64,000 nucleotides of DNA from Hyphomicrobiales bacterium (GCA_029245795.1 JAQWOP010000014.1:4062-68061), one strand, 5' to 3'; numbered from the stretch's first letter, positions 1 through 9,274 are shown. A program made the numbers and translations. The notes: generated by a model not told the origin, from the letters alone.

Positions 1-168
1 GCTATGAGAGGCATAAATAGAATACTCATCATTTCTTTCGCCTTTTATGAGATAAAATTTAATAAATCCTTGGACATCATCAAGGTTGCTATCTCGCTTT
101 TTCCAAACCTCTTCAAATTTTTTCTCACTACCAGTGACTATTTTAAACTTATTCATAACTATATACAT
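1..168 (-). CDS. ABM (antibiotic biosynthesis monooxygenase, Dabb-fold) domain protein, C-terminal part cut by the window edge
   Basis: Not in the ORF track because it is open at the window edge. Minus-strand translation from the ATG at 168 gives MYIVMNKFKIVTGSEKKFEEVWKKRDSNLDDVQGFIKFYLIKGERNDEYSIYASHS..., which looks like an ABM-domain N-terminus. The + strand ORF 4..219 is its antisense shadow. Confidence 0.5.
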   Translation of the reverse strand, partial: MYIVMNKFKIVTGSEKKFEEVWKKRDSNLDDVQGFIKFYLIKGERNDEYSIYASHS

Positions 169-356
169 ATGCAACTCCATCTAAATATGGGGAGAAATAT
201 ATACCCCTTTTTATATTAATGACAATGATTAAACTGCAGTATAATCTCTTTCATACTGCTTAGTTACTACTCAGGCATAAAAAATAAGATCTAAAATTAG
301 TATATAAACGTTTTATACTTAGGTATTCATACACCCATGCTTAAAGGAGAAATAAA

Positions 357-890
357 ATGGCAACAAGAATCGGAACACGACTAATAGATAGACCTGAATT
401 TAAGTTAAAAGCCAAACCAATAACTTTTTTAAAGACAGAAAAAGTATTTGCAGCAATTCAGGTAATGTCAAAAAAAAACTACGGTTCAGTTGTGATTGTT
501 GACAAAGATAATACAGTTATTGGTATTGTAACAGAAAGAGATATTCTGAAAAGATTAGTAGGAAAAAGTCTTGATCCTAAAACAACAATTTTAGGTGATA
601 TTATGACCGAAGATCCAAAAGTTGCCAGTGAAGAAGATGATGTTCTTGATTGGCTGCGTATAATGTCTAATGAAAGATTTAGAAGGCTCCCAGTTGTTGA
701 TAGCGAAGGAAAAATAAAAGTTATATTTACACAAGGCGATTTTGTGTCATACACATGGCCAGATCTTCTATATCACGCAAAACAATTGGCAAAAGCATCA
801 TTACTAAGAGGATTTCCCATTTATGGAATAATAGCTATGGTTCTCTTGTATTCAATAGCGATGATATTTGTATTCAATTATCTTGTATAA
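357..890 (+). CDS. CBS-pair domain protein with a C-terminal hydrophobic tail
   Basis: Two CBS-like repeats (GSVVIVDKDNTVIGIVTERDILKRL and FRRLPVVDSEGKIKVIFTQGDF). AAGGAG RBS lies about 8 nt upstream. The last ~25 aa (FPIYGIIAMVLLYSIAMIFVFNYLV) are hydrophobic. Confidence 0.8.
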   Translation: MATRIGTRLIDRPEFKLKAKPITFLKTEKVFAAIQVMSKKNYGSVVIVDKDNTVIGIVTERDILKRLVGKSLDPKTTILGDIMTEDPKVASEEDDVLDWLRIMSNERFRRLPVVDSEGKIKVIFTQGDFVSYTWPDLLYHAKQLAKASLLRGFPIYGIIAMVLLYSIAMIFVFNYLV

Positions 891-939
891 AAAAATAGCT
901 TCCTTATAGATGTTTTTGTAGATTTATAATTTGTGAATA

Positions 940-1335
940 CTATGTATTTGTAAAATAATTGATATCTTCTGGACTAGGTTCCCATAATTTATTTGTAGGC
1001 CATTCTTTTGTGCGAGATACCATTGATTCCCCATACCTTACCCTAAATAATATCGTCCTATCTTCTCCATTTATATACTCGTGCAGTTCTCCTCTGGGAT
1101 GAACGACTAAACCACCTTTTTTAACCTCAACTTCTTGAGAAGAAGTCCTCATAATTCCTCCACCTTCAAAACAAAAATAAATTTCAGTTGCATCAGGATG
1201 GCAATGGTTTGGACTTATTTGCCCAGGCTCCCAACAAGCAATAGACACATCACCCTCTCCAAAAAAACCTAACTTCTTTTCAACATGCTTAATTGGGTCA
1301 AATCTCTGTTCTTTTCCAAAATCATATTGTTCCAT
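940..1335 (-). CDS. Cupin domain protein
   Basis: Both cupin motifs are present: PGQISPNHCHPDATEIYFCFEGGG and KGGLVVHPRGELHEYING. AAGGAGG RBS precedes the ATG. Confidence 0.75.
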   Translation of the reverse strand: MEQYDFGKEQRFDPIKHVEKKLGFFGEGDVSIACWEPGQISPNHCHPDATEIYFCFEGGGIMRTSSQEVEVKKGGLVVHPRGELHEYINGEDRTILFRVRYGESMVSRTKEWPTNKLWEPSPEDINYFTNT

Positions 1336-1769
1336 TGAAACCTCCTTAATTAATAAAACTAGTTAACTTACCAAATCCCGAATCAAATCCCAACAACATA
1401 AACAATTACGATTAGAAAGATTTTAGCAAAAATGGGAACCTCTTTTAACTTTATAATAATGTTTAAAAAGATAATTATTATTCATCCCTCTAATAGAATA
1501 AATCACTAAGTAGAATTTATTCAAGCAAATTAATATTCAATGGTTGATTGAAATTTATTTCTAATAGACTGTCCAATATTCAAAATTACTCAATTTTCTT
1601 GGCTCTATTGAGCCAAAACCTCCATACAAATACCTTTTTAAAAAAAATTCAAAGTTTGTTATAGAAATAAAAATCATTTGGTTGTAAAAGTACAAATACA
1701 ATCCATATTTTGTGAGTTATTACATAAATATTCTAATTTTATTAAAAATAAATATTAACGTTAAATACT

Positions 1770-3584
1770 ATGAATCTAAGAAATATTGCAATTATTGCCC
1801 ATGTTGATCATGGAAAGACTACCCTGATTGATAAATTATTATCACAATCTGGCGCATTTCGAGAAAACCAAAAAATAGCAGAGAGAATGATGGACTCTAA
1901 TGATCTCGAAAAAGAAAGGGGTATTACAATTCTAGCAAAATGTACCTCTCTTGAATGGGCTAACACAAGGATAAATATAATAGATACCCCTGGTCATGCA
2001 GATTTTGGGGGTGAAGTTGAGAGAATATTAAGCATGGTTGATAGTGCAATTCTGCTTGTTGATGCGGCAGAAGGACCAATGCCTCAAACTAAATTTGTTC
2101 TTGCGAAAGCTCTGCAAATTGGCCTCAGACCAATGGTTGTAATAAATAAGGTCGATAGGCATGATTCAAGGGCAGAAGAAGTTGTTAATGAAATATTTGA
2201 TCTATTCGTAATGCTTGAAGCAGATGAAAATCAACTTGATTTTCCAATATTATATGGATCCGGAAGAGATGGCTGGGTCACGGATAATTTACAAGTGAAG
2301 AATGATGATCTCTCTCCTTTATTTAATCTTATTATTGATCATACCCCGCTTCCAAATGTTGAAAAAGGTGATTTTAGAATGCTAGGTACAATTCTTAGTA
2401 ATGACCCTTACCTTGGAAGACTTGTTACAGGAAAGATTTATTCAGGTGATGTCCATACTAATCAACAAATAAAAGTTATAAACTCCGAAGGAATAACAGT
2501 AGATAACGGAAGAGTAACAAAAATATTAGCATTCAGAGGAATGGAAAGAACAAGTATTGAAAAAGGAATAGCAGGAGATATTATTGCTATTGCGGGTTTA
2601 TCAAAAGGAACTGTTGCTGATACTTTCTGTTCAACAGATAATAAAATTTCATTAAAAGCTCAACCTATAGATCCTCCGACCGTTCAAATGGCCTTTAATG
2701 TAAATGATAGTCCATTAGCTGGTACTGAAGGCGATAAGGTCACCGGTAGAATGATTGGAGATAGATTAACAAAAGAAGGTGAAGGTAATATCACTCTGAC
2801 AATAAAAAAATCTAATACAGATGGAAGTTACTTAGTTTCTGGTAGAGGGGAATTGCAATTGTCAGTTCTGATTGAAACAATGAGACGTGAAGGATATGAA
2901 TTGAGTGTTTCACGCCCTCAAGTATTAATGCAGAATGATCAAAATGGAAATATTCTTGAGCCAATAGAAGAAGTCATAATTGATGTTGACGATGAATACA
3001 CTGGTCAGATTGTTCAAGATCTTAATCTTAGAAAAGCGGTTATGATTGAAATGAAACCCTTTGGAGAAGCGAGAACAAGATTGATATTTGAAGCACCGAC
3101 TCGTGGTCTGATTGGTTATCAATCAGAATTATTGACAGCAACGAGTGGAACAGCTGTTATCAATAGACTATTTTCCAGATATGAGGCATTCAGAGGAGAA
3201 ATCAAAGGTCGTACTAATGGAGTTCTAATTTCCAATGGAAAAGGAAATTCTGTTGCTTTTGCACTTTTTAATTTAGAAGAAAGAGGCCAAATGATAATAG
3301 GTTCTGGTACATCAGTTTACCAAGGCATGATTATTGGAATCCACACTAGACCTAATGACCTTGAAGTTAACGTTCTGAAGGGGAAAAAACTAAATAATAT
3401 AAGAACTCACGCAAAAGATGAAGCCGTTAAACTAGTTTCACCTCTGGATATGAATCTAGAAAAAGCAATTGCATGGATATCAGATGATGAGTTAATTGAA
3501 GTGACCCCAAAGTCAATTAGAATAAGAAAAAGGCTATTAGATCCCACTCAAAGAAAGAAATTAGCAAGGGAAAAGACAACTTAA
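1770..3584 (+). CDS. typA: Translational GTPase TypA/BipA
   Basis: N-terminus NIAIIAHVDHGKTTLIDKLL, DTPGHADFGGEVER and NKVDR GTPase motifs. Length of 604 aa and the EF-G-like domain order are typical of BipA. Confidence 0.95.
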   Translation: MNLRNIAIIAHVDHGKTTLIDKLLSQSGAFRENQKIAERMMDSNDLEKERGITILAKCTSLEWANTRINIIDTPGHADFGGEVERILSMVDSAILLVDAAEGPMPQTKFVLAKALQIGLRPMVVINKVDRHDSRAEEVVNEIFDLFVMLEADENQLDFPILYGSGRDGWVTDNLQVKNDDLSPLFNLIIDHTPLPNVEKGDFRMLGTILSNDPYLGRLVTGKIYSGDVHTNQQIKVINSEGITVDNGRVTKILAFRGMERTSIEKGIAGDIIAIAGLSKGTVADTFCSTDNKISLKAQPIDPPTVQMAFNVNDSPLAGTEGDKVTGRMIGDRLTKEGEGNITLTIKKSNTDGSYLVSGRGELQLSVLIETMRREGYELSVSRPQVLMQNDQNGNILEPIEEVIIDVDDEYTGQIVQDLNLRKAVMIEMKPFGEARTRLIFEAPTRGLIGYQSELLTATSGTAVINRLFSRYEAFRGEIKGRTNGVLISNGKGNSVAFALFNLEERGQMIIGSGTSVYQGMIIGIHTRPNDLEVNVLKGKKLNNIRTHAKDEAVKLVSPLDMNLEKAIAWISDDELIEVTPKSIRIRKRLLDPTQRKKLAREKTT

Positions 3585-3894
3585 CCTGCTTTTTCAAACA
3601 GTAAGAATAATCACCATAAAAGAAATTATAAATATACATAATATCAGTCCAAATAAAAAATTTGCATTAGTTTTATTATCAAAACTATCTAATATTTTAT
3701 CTCTACAACCAATTAGTTAAAAATATACTTTATTTAAATTTTTATAAAGAATTTATATCTTTTTCTTAAATTCAATGATATGTATGTATATGTTTTGAAC
3801 TCTAATTCATCATGTAAAAGTTCGTAGTGTTAATAGGTTATAACTAATTTACTAAATTTCTACCTTAATTTAACATTTGATAAAGAGTAAAACT

Positions 3895-3914
3895 TTAAGG
3901 ATGTAAATCCTTAA
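3895..3914 (+). promoter_or_regulatory. Perfect 8-bp stem hairpin (TTAAGGAT-GTAA-ATCCTTAA) in the long leader of the cold-shock gene
   Basis: Read directly. It lies 33 nt upstream of the csp ATG, inside a 363-bp non-coding region. Function not established. Confidence 0.3.
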
Positions 3915-3947
3915 TTATCTTTCATTGCTGACTAAGGAGAAATAATA

Positions 3948-4154
3948 ATGGCAAATGGTAAAGTTAAATGGTTTAACCTAAAAAAAGGATACGGTTTTAT
4001 TGAACCTGAAGATGGATCTAAGGATATCTTCGTTCACGTATCTGCGCTACAAAATTCAGGTATAAGTAATTTACTTGAAGAACAACAAGTTACTTATGAT
4101 GTTGCTAAAGAAAAAGGCAAAACATCTGCAGTTAACATAAGTATTAGCGAATAA
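3948..4154 (+). CDS. cspA: Cold-shock protein, CspA family
   Basis: GKVKWFNLKKGYGFIEPEDGSKDIFVHVSAL contains the RNP1 (KGYGFI) and RNP2 (DIFVH) motifs. 68 aa. AAGGAG RBS present. Confidence 0.93.
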   Translation: MANGKVKWFNLKKGYGFIEPEDGSKDIFVHVSALQNSGISNLLEEQQVTYDVAKEKGKTSAVNISISE

Positions 4155-4165
4155 CCAAATTTTTT

Positions 4166-4990
4166 TCAAAAATGAATACCATATTCATCTTTGCTTAAAA
4201 AAACTACAAGAGCCGGATCGACCTCACGCATCTTTTCAGGTGTGTTTGGTCTCCACTCATCTCTTATCGACTTCGCTCTATCTACATTATACCCTCGTAA
4301 AGAAGTAATCGCCCAAAAAGTATATTCCGTTATTTGACATGCATACGAACAACTTCTATCGTCATACGTATAATATGCGCCGTGAGGATATGTACGTCGA
4401 GCTTTTTCAAAATATCCCCCCCTCGCATTATCCATGAACTTCGCAATCTCAGAATCTTTATGTTGTCCAAAAATATCCGGATATGCTTGTGCATAACCCA
4501 TGTGGGTTAATAGATGTAAGCCCTCCTCAATTGTAGGATCCCATCCTGATCCACTCAGGTTCATTTCTTTAGTAAATACAGCGAGCCATGTACCATATTT
4601 TTCTTCTGCTAAAGCAACACATATTTCCTCATCTTTTAGCTCCTCACATTCGTCCATATAGTCTAAAGCTTCATCTGAATAAAATTCATCTTGAAATTTA
4701 TCCTCTTCTCTCTCTTTAGAAAATACAACATATGGACTACCTGTACTTATTACTTTATCAATTGCCATTTGATTATCGACTAATCCATCTCTATTATAGT
4801 CAATCAACTTATCCATAACTTTTTTTGCATGGTCGAGATATTTTTGATCAACTTTTGGCATGGCACATATTTGTATTCCATAGCTTTCAGTCACTTTAAT
4901 ATTTTCGATATCGGGACACTTAGCCTCCAAGTTCCCTGAGAGAGTAATTATACAAAGTAAAACAAATATAAATATTAGATTTTTGAACAT
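4166..4990 (-). CDS. Secreted hypothetical protein (signal peptide, Cys-rich, DxNxDGxxD-like motif)
   Basis: N-terminal signal peptide MFKNLIFIFVLLCIITLSGNLEA-K. DYNRDGLVDN resembles a calcium-binding loop. No family recognised. Confidence 0.6.
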   Translation of the reverse strand: MFKNLIFIFVLLCIITLSGNLEAKCPDIENIKVTESYGIQICAMPKVDQKYLDHAKKVMDKLIDYNRDGLVDNQMAIDKVISTGSPYVVFSKEREEDKFQDEFYSDEALDYMDECEELKDEEICVALAEEKYGTWLAVFTKEMNLSGSGWDPTIEEGLHLLTHMGYAQAYPDIFGQHKDSEIAKFMDNARGGYFEKARRTYPHGAYYTYDDRSCSYACQITEYTFWAITSLRGYNVDRAKSIRDEWRPNTPEKMREVDPALVVFLSKDEYGIHF

Positions 4991-5271
4991 TTTTTTTCCT
5001 TCATTAGTAAATATTTTTTCTTCTTGATACCACCCTCTAGGCTATACCCCCCAATAGAACCATCTGATTTTATCACTCTATGGCAAGGTATATTTTTAGG
5101 ATCTGGATTCTTCCCGCAAGCATTTGCAACAGCTCTATATGCATTTGGATTACCGATTAAATTAGCAACATCTTTATAACTTAATGTTGTGCCTTTTGGT
5201 ATTTTTTTTATCTGGGAAAATACTCTTAGCGTAAAATCAGAACAGTCTTTTTCATACGAATTCATGCTCAT
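4975..5271 (-). CDS. MGMT/Ogt-family DNA-binding domain protein (stand-alone C-terminal domain, active-site Cys retained)
   Basis: IPCHRVIKSDGSIGGY contains the PCHRV alkyl-acceptor motif. The helix-turn-helix region is YKDVANLIGNPNAYRAVANA. Only 98 aa. Confidence 0.8.
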   Translation of the reverse strand: MSMNSYEKDCSDFTLRVFSQIKKIPKGTTLSYKDVANLIGNPNAYRAVANACGKNPDPKNIPCHRVIKSDGSIGGYSLEGGIKKKKYLLMKEKKCSKI

Positions 5272-5408
5272 TTACCTAATTTAGAAAATTATACGCTGCG
5301 ATTGAATACCCAAGATTTTTAATACATATTTAAAATGTTAGCAACTTCTTAAAAATTAGTCTATTTTTAAATATTATAGATTTTTGTATACAATTATAAG
5401 GACCTGAT

Positions 5409-6146
5409 ATGACAGATAAAGTTGAGAGAGGATATTTGATAAGCTGGTATAATTTGGATGAAAAAAATGAAAAAGAATATCTCAGTTGGCTACATAAGGA
5501 ATATATACCTCATCGACTTGAAGACCCAAGAATTCTATGGGCAAGCCATTACAAATCTCTTGGTGACGTTGCTCATCCAGGTGAAAAGGGGAGACTAAGT
5601 CATGATCGTTTGTCAATTCCTGCAGGTGATAGATTTATACTGATCTTTGGTGCTTTGGAACCTGAAGTTTTTACAAACCCTACAGTTAACGAATATCATA
5701 ACTTATTATCAGAAGATGATAAAAAGTTCCTAAGCATGAAATTAGATGAGAGATATAATGTAATGACTGAAGAAGCTCGGGGTGATGGTTTTGAAAATAG
5801 AAATGATAATACTGAAGGCCTGTCAGCATGTATACAACTTGGTAATTTTAATGCGGGAAGCTACAAAGATGAAGATGAACTATCTAGTTGGTATGCGACC
5901 TGGAGAATTCCCTCAATGAAAAAACTAGAGGGTTGCATTGGGGTACGGAAGCTAGTCTCAGTTTCTGGGTGGGCAAAACATGCAATATTATATGAGTGGC
6001 AATCAGCTTCTGTAAGAAATAAGATTTTCCTTGATCACGAATCTCATAATCAAGAAATGGAAGCTTGGACAGACAGAGTTGTAAGAAAGCTAGTCCATGC
6101 GCCTGGATCACCAAACCTAGCTGAGAGAATTTGGCCACAAAGCTGA
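5409..6146 (+). CDS. Hypothetical protein with an internal two-fold repeat
   Basis: EYLSWLHKEYIPHRLEDPRIL (N-terminal half) resembles ELSSWYATWRIPSMKKLEGCI (C-terminal half). No family recognised. Confidence 0.55.
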   Translation: MTDKVERGYLISWYNLDEKNEKEYLSWLHKEYIPHRLEDPRILWASHYKSLGDVAHPGEKGRLSHDRLSIPAGDRFILIFGALEPEVFTNPTVNEYHNLLSEDDKKFLSMKLDERYNVMTEEARGDGFENRNDNTEGLSACIQLGNFNAGSYKDEDELSSWYATWRIPSMKKLEGCIGVRKLVSVSGWAKHAILYEWQSASVRNKIFLDHESHNQEMEAWTDRVVRKLVHAPGSPNLAERIWPQS

Positions 6147-6212
6147 TAGGTTAAGCTATTAGTCAAATCTTCAACTAATTATCTAAAAAATTGAATTAAA
6201 AATGGAGCATTC

Positions 6213-6902
6213 ATGAATAAAAGCTATCTAATTACGGGAGCGAATAGAGGTATTGGGTTAGCTCTTACAAAAATTATAATCAAAAAAGGCGAGAGGGTAA
6301 TAGCTTTATGCCGAAAACTAGAAGAGGCAGGAGAACTTCTCAAAATTTCTAATACTCAGAGTAATCTCAATGTATTTAAAGCAGATGTAACAAAAGAAGA
6401 TGAACTTATAGAAATATCAAAATCTATAGATAATATTGATTTTTTAATATGTAATGCTGGTATTATGGGGCCGAGGGGCGGTATGAATGATAAAAGTGCG
6501 AACTATGAGAATATATCTGAAGTACTAATGACCAATGTTGCTGGACCTTTCTTCACAATTAAATCATTTATTGGTAAATTGAGAGAGAGTAAGAATCCAA
6601 AAATAGCAATCATATCGTCACGAATGGGAACTCAGCTCCACAATGGAAGTGATGCCTATTTTTATAGAGCTTCAAAAGCTGCAGTGAATAATATTATGGT
6701 CTCTTTTTCTAATGAGCTAGATCAATTTAACGTCCCCATCACATCTTTTCATCCCGGATGGGTTCAAACTGACATGGGAGGAAGCCATGCCTCTCTATCT
6801 CCTGAGGAGAGCGCAAACTCACTTTTTGAGCAATTTCAGAAGTTAGGCGAAGAAAATACTGGAAAATTTTATAATTATGACGGCAGTGAAATAAGCTTTT
6901 AG
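6213..6902 (+). CDS. Short-chain dehydrogenase/reductase (SDR)
   Basis: TGANRGIGLAL cofactor motif, NAG motif and YRASKAA catalytic YxxxK. Confidence 0.85.
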   Translation: MNKSYLITGANRGIGLALTKIIIKKGERVIALCRKLEEAGELLKISNTQSNLNVFKADVTKEDELIEISKSIDNIDFLICNAGIMGPRGGMNDKSANYENISEVLMTNVAGPFFTIKSFIGKLRESKNPKIAIISSRMGTQLHNGSDAYFYRASKAAVNNIMVSFSNELDQFNVPITSFHPGWVQTDMGGSHASLSPEESANSLFEQFQKLGEENTGKFYNYDGSEISF

Positions 6903-6952
6903 CCGCCCATCTTAATTGATAGTAAATTCAATAATTGGGCAGCTTTTAAAGG

Positions 6953-8272
6953 TTATTTTATTTTTTCGATCTTAACTTTTTCAACTCTATTATCAACAGT
7001 TTCTTCTACAAGGAATTTAAAACCGAAATCTTCCACAACATCACCAACAACAGGTATTTTCTGTAGCTTGTTCATGATTAATCCAGAAATGGTATTTGCA
7101 TTTGGATCGTCGAGATCATCACTATTAAGTGCTCTTTGTATATCTACAAGCGGTGCTAATCCATGTACTAACCAGTAACCATCTTCTTTTGTAATTTCAA
7201 ATTCATTTTCAACTTCATCTGTTTCATCTGCGATTTCGCCTACTAATTCCTCAAGAAGGTCTTCCATAGTTACCATACCAGAAAATGAGCCATACTCATC
7301 TATCATGAAGGCTATATGGCTTCTCTCGAGTCTCATTCTTTCAAAAAGGTCTTTTATCAATGAAGTCTCCGGAACTATCATTGGTTTTCTTGAGAATTTA
7401 CCAAGATCATCCCATGGTTCATCCTCTCCTTTGAACAGAGCATCAATCAAATCCTTTACTACGATTGTACCAATGAGTTTGTTGTCTTTATCCAGTAATG
7501 GGAATCTTGAATGCTGTGTTCCTGCAATTACTTGCTTATTCTTCTTTTTATCTCCATCTAGGATTAATGTTTCTGACTGTGAACTTGGAATCATTACACT
7601 CTGAACAATCCTTTCATCAAAATCAAAAAATTTGTGAAGTCTGGTTGCTTGTTCTTCATCCATTTCACCATGTGCAACAGATACATCAACCAAACCCTTT
7701 ATTTCTTCTCCTGTAAAAATATCCTCATATGTTGAAGATGCAACGCCCATCCACTTTAGTATTGATGATGCTGCTGTTTTTAGTGCGATATTAAGAGGGT
7801 ATACCATTAAATAAGTCACCCATAAGATATGTGCACATGCTTGGAATGTGATTTCGGGATTTCTAATACCGAAGATTTTTGGGACTTGTTCACCAACTAC
7901 AATATGTAATGAAGAAAATGTTATAAAACCAATCATAAATGCAACAAAATGTATGAGGTGTTCTGGTAAGATGTTTCCAAGAACTGGCTCTATTAGAATA
8001 GCAACTGTTGGCTCACCAACCCAGCCTAATCCTAGAGATGCCATTGTTATACCTAGTTGGCAACAGGCAAGGTAATTTTCTTGAAAGTTAAGAATGTGCC
8101 TAGCTAATTTACCACCAAATGCATTTTCGTTGGCAAGCTGATCTATTCTTAGGGGTTTACATTTTACAATTGCGAATTCGGCTGCCACGTAAAATCCGTT
8201 AGCAACCAAACAAAATAATGCTATAGCTAAATTAATAAAGACAGCATCGTTTGCGACAGTTTCTGTAGCCAT
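6953..8272 (-). CDS. CNNM/TlyC-family membrane protein (DUF21 + CBS pair + CorC_HlyC)
   Basis: N-terminal 4-TM DUF21 region, a central CBS pair (VMIPSSQ..., FPLLDKDNKLIGTIVVKDL) and a C-terminal transporter-associated domain. 439 aa. Confidence 0.88.
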   Translation of the reverse strand: MATETVANDAVFINLAIALFCLVANGFYVAAEFAIVKCKPLRIDQLANENAFGGKLARHILNFQENYLACCQLGITMASLGLGWVGEPTVAILIEPVLGNILPEHLIHFVAFMIGFITFSSLHIVVGEQVPKIFGIRNPEITFQACAHILWVTYLMVYPLNIALKTAASSILKWMGVASSTYEDIFTGEEIKGLVDVSVAHGEMDEEQATRLHKFFDFDERIVQSVMIPSSQSETLILDGDKKKNKQVIAGTQHSRFPLLDKDNKLIGTIVVKDLIDALFKGEDEPWDDLGKFSRKPMIVPETSLIKDLFERMRLERSHIAFMIDEYGSFSGMVTMEDLLEELVGEIADETDEVENEFEITKEDGYWLVHGLAPLVDIQRALNSDDLDDPNANTISGLIMNKLQKIPVVGDVVEDFGFKFLVEETVDNRVEKVKIEKIK

Positions 8273-8491
8273 GTCTGTAGTATTGTTTCCTTTCTTTGAT
8301 CAACAAATATATTTTTCATAAATTCTAGATATAATTTTTTATGAATGAGAATTATTTGTGTTGATACTCACATATTAAATAATATGCCTCGAGACACTCT
8401 TGTAATAGAGGTGTATCAGCTGACAAACTACTTATACAATTTTCTATGTCTTTTGTCTAATAATTATTAAGATTGGAGACAAAAATAACTC

Positions 8492-9028
8492 TTAGGTTGA
8501 TTTCTTTCCACCCATTAAAATAAAGCAAACCCTGCATAACTTATCACTATTATTTACCCAGGCATGATTTGTTCCCCTTTGAATAACAATATCACCTTGC
8601 TTGAGCAGAACCTCCTCATTATCGAGTAATAGCGTTATCTCACCTTCTAGAATTATTGCATAATCAACTGTACTTGATTTGTGCATAAATGGGTGTTTCT
8701 TGGTCTCTATAACTGTATTTTCAGCATCTAATTCTGTAAAATATGTCTTACTATCATAAGCTTTATCACTAAATAATTTATCTGGTTCAAAAGATGAAAT
8801 TCTACAGATTGTCTCACTTAAGCCAGGAAACATTACAAATTCGTCATCAATTTTGTTAATATCTCCCTCAATTTCGATAGGGAACTCTGATGTTCTCCAA
8901 ATATTATTCAAACTAACTCCAGGCCTAGAGATCTTTTCCATTTTATTTTGGACATTATCATCTGAGATGATAATTGACTCCCCCTTATCATCTAGTCCCG
9001 TTATGACCCTTCGACATTTTTTTTCCAT
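8492..9028 (-). CDS. Cupin domain protein
   Basis: The C-terminal half has cupin motif 2-like GDIVIQRGTNHAWVN. I prefer the internal start MEKKCRRVITG at 9028 over the track start at 9112, whose 28-aa extension runs almost up to the tRNA. The start is uncertain. Confidence 0.6.
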   Translation of the reverse strand: MEKKCRRVITGLDDKGESIIISDDNVQNKMEKISRPGVSLNNIWRTSEFPIEIEGDINKIDDEFVMFPGLSETICRISSFEPDKLFSDKAYDSKTYFTELDAENTVIETKKHPFMHKSSTVDYAIILEGEITLLLDNEEVLLKQGDIVIQRGTNHAWVNNSDKLCRVCFILMGGKKST

Positions 9029-9173
9029 AGATAATAAATAGCATAATCTATTAATTAATAAAATATAGAATGATGAAATGATACTTAATTTTTCCTTTAC
9101 CAGACAAAGCATATATTATTTCACTTGATAGTTTATGTTATTAGATTTAAAAGTTAGAAGAGAAAAAATTAAT

Positions 9174-9250
9174 GCGCCGGTAGCTCAGTTGGATAGAGTA
9201 TCTGACTACGAATCAGGGGGTCGGGGGTTCGAATCCTCCCCGGCGCGCCA
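9174..9250 (+). tRNA. tRNA-Arg (anticodon ACG)
   Basis: Folded by hand as GCGCCGG/TA/GCTC-AGTTGGATA-GAGT/A/TCTGA-CTACGAA-TCAGG/GGGTC/GGGGG-TTCGAAT-CCTCC/CCGGCGC/G/CCA. 77 nt with CCA encoded. Confidence 0.93.
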
Positions 9251-9274
9251 AATAAAAAGATAATATTATTTAAA

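Noticed and set aside
4-219. + strand 71-aa ORF at the window start
   Set aside because: It is low-complexity and has no RBS. The opposite strand encodes a convincing ABM-domain N-terminus starting at 168, so this is an antisense shadow ORF.
479-754. Many 60-115-aa track ORFs lying antisense within larger genes. Examples: 479..754, 2925..3122, 5884..6138, 7305..7604, 7498..7716, 7848..8075, 8853..9041, 10132..10326, 12017..12262, 13270..13533, 16398..16652, 17429..17632, 18744..18974, 19683..19952, 19922..20200, 21351..21608, 21980..22264, 22410..22595, 22433..22645, 22891..23178, 24671..24925, 28419..28637, 31520..31705, 36023..36223, 36270..36539, 37571..37918, 38867..39118, 39197..39421, 39868..40074, 39884..40192, 40926..41132, 43018..43206, 43074..43277, 43657..44097, 45530..45838, 45864..46046, 46934..47149, 47348..47551, 49217..49405, 49408..49605, 49798..49998, 51462..51686, 53145..53384, 53809..54027, 54633..54824, 57469..57696, 58318..58515, 58413..58601 and 60034..60249.
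   Set aside because: Each is fully or largely nested in, or antisense to, a longer ORF with clear family motifs. Their compositions are low-complexity (Ser/Leu/Ile/Phe-rich), as expected from reading AT-rich genes in the wrong frame.
940-1335. Cupin proteins (also 8492..9028 and 34776..35105) as DddK/DddQ/DddW-type DMSP lyases
   Set aside because: This is tempting in a marine alphaproteobacterium, but I see only the generic cupin motifs. From memory there is no specific resemblance to the DddK sequence. It cannot be supported without a search.
1599-1616. 7-bp hairpin TTGGCTC-TATT-GAGCCAA in the 434-bp cupin/typA intergenic region
   Set aside because: It is short, has no flanking T-run, and no gene reads into it. 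It could be chance or an operator, with nothing to support either.
6902-6947. Possible terminator GCCGCCCA...TGGGCAGC-TTTT after the SDR gene
   Set aside because: The stem has a mismatch and the loop is 26 nt. It is not convincing as an intrinsic terminator.
8446-8481. 8-bp inverted repeat TTTTGTCT...AGACAAAA downstream of the cupin gene
   Set aside because: It has an 18-nt loop and an AT-rich stem with no T-tract on the relevant strand. That is too weak to call a terminator.
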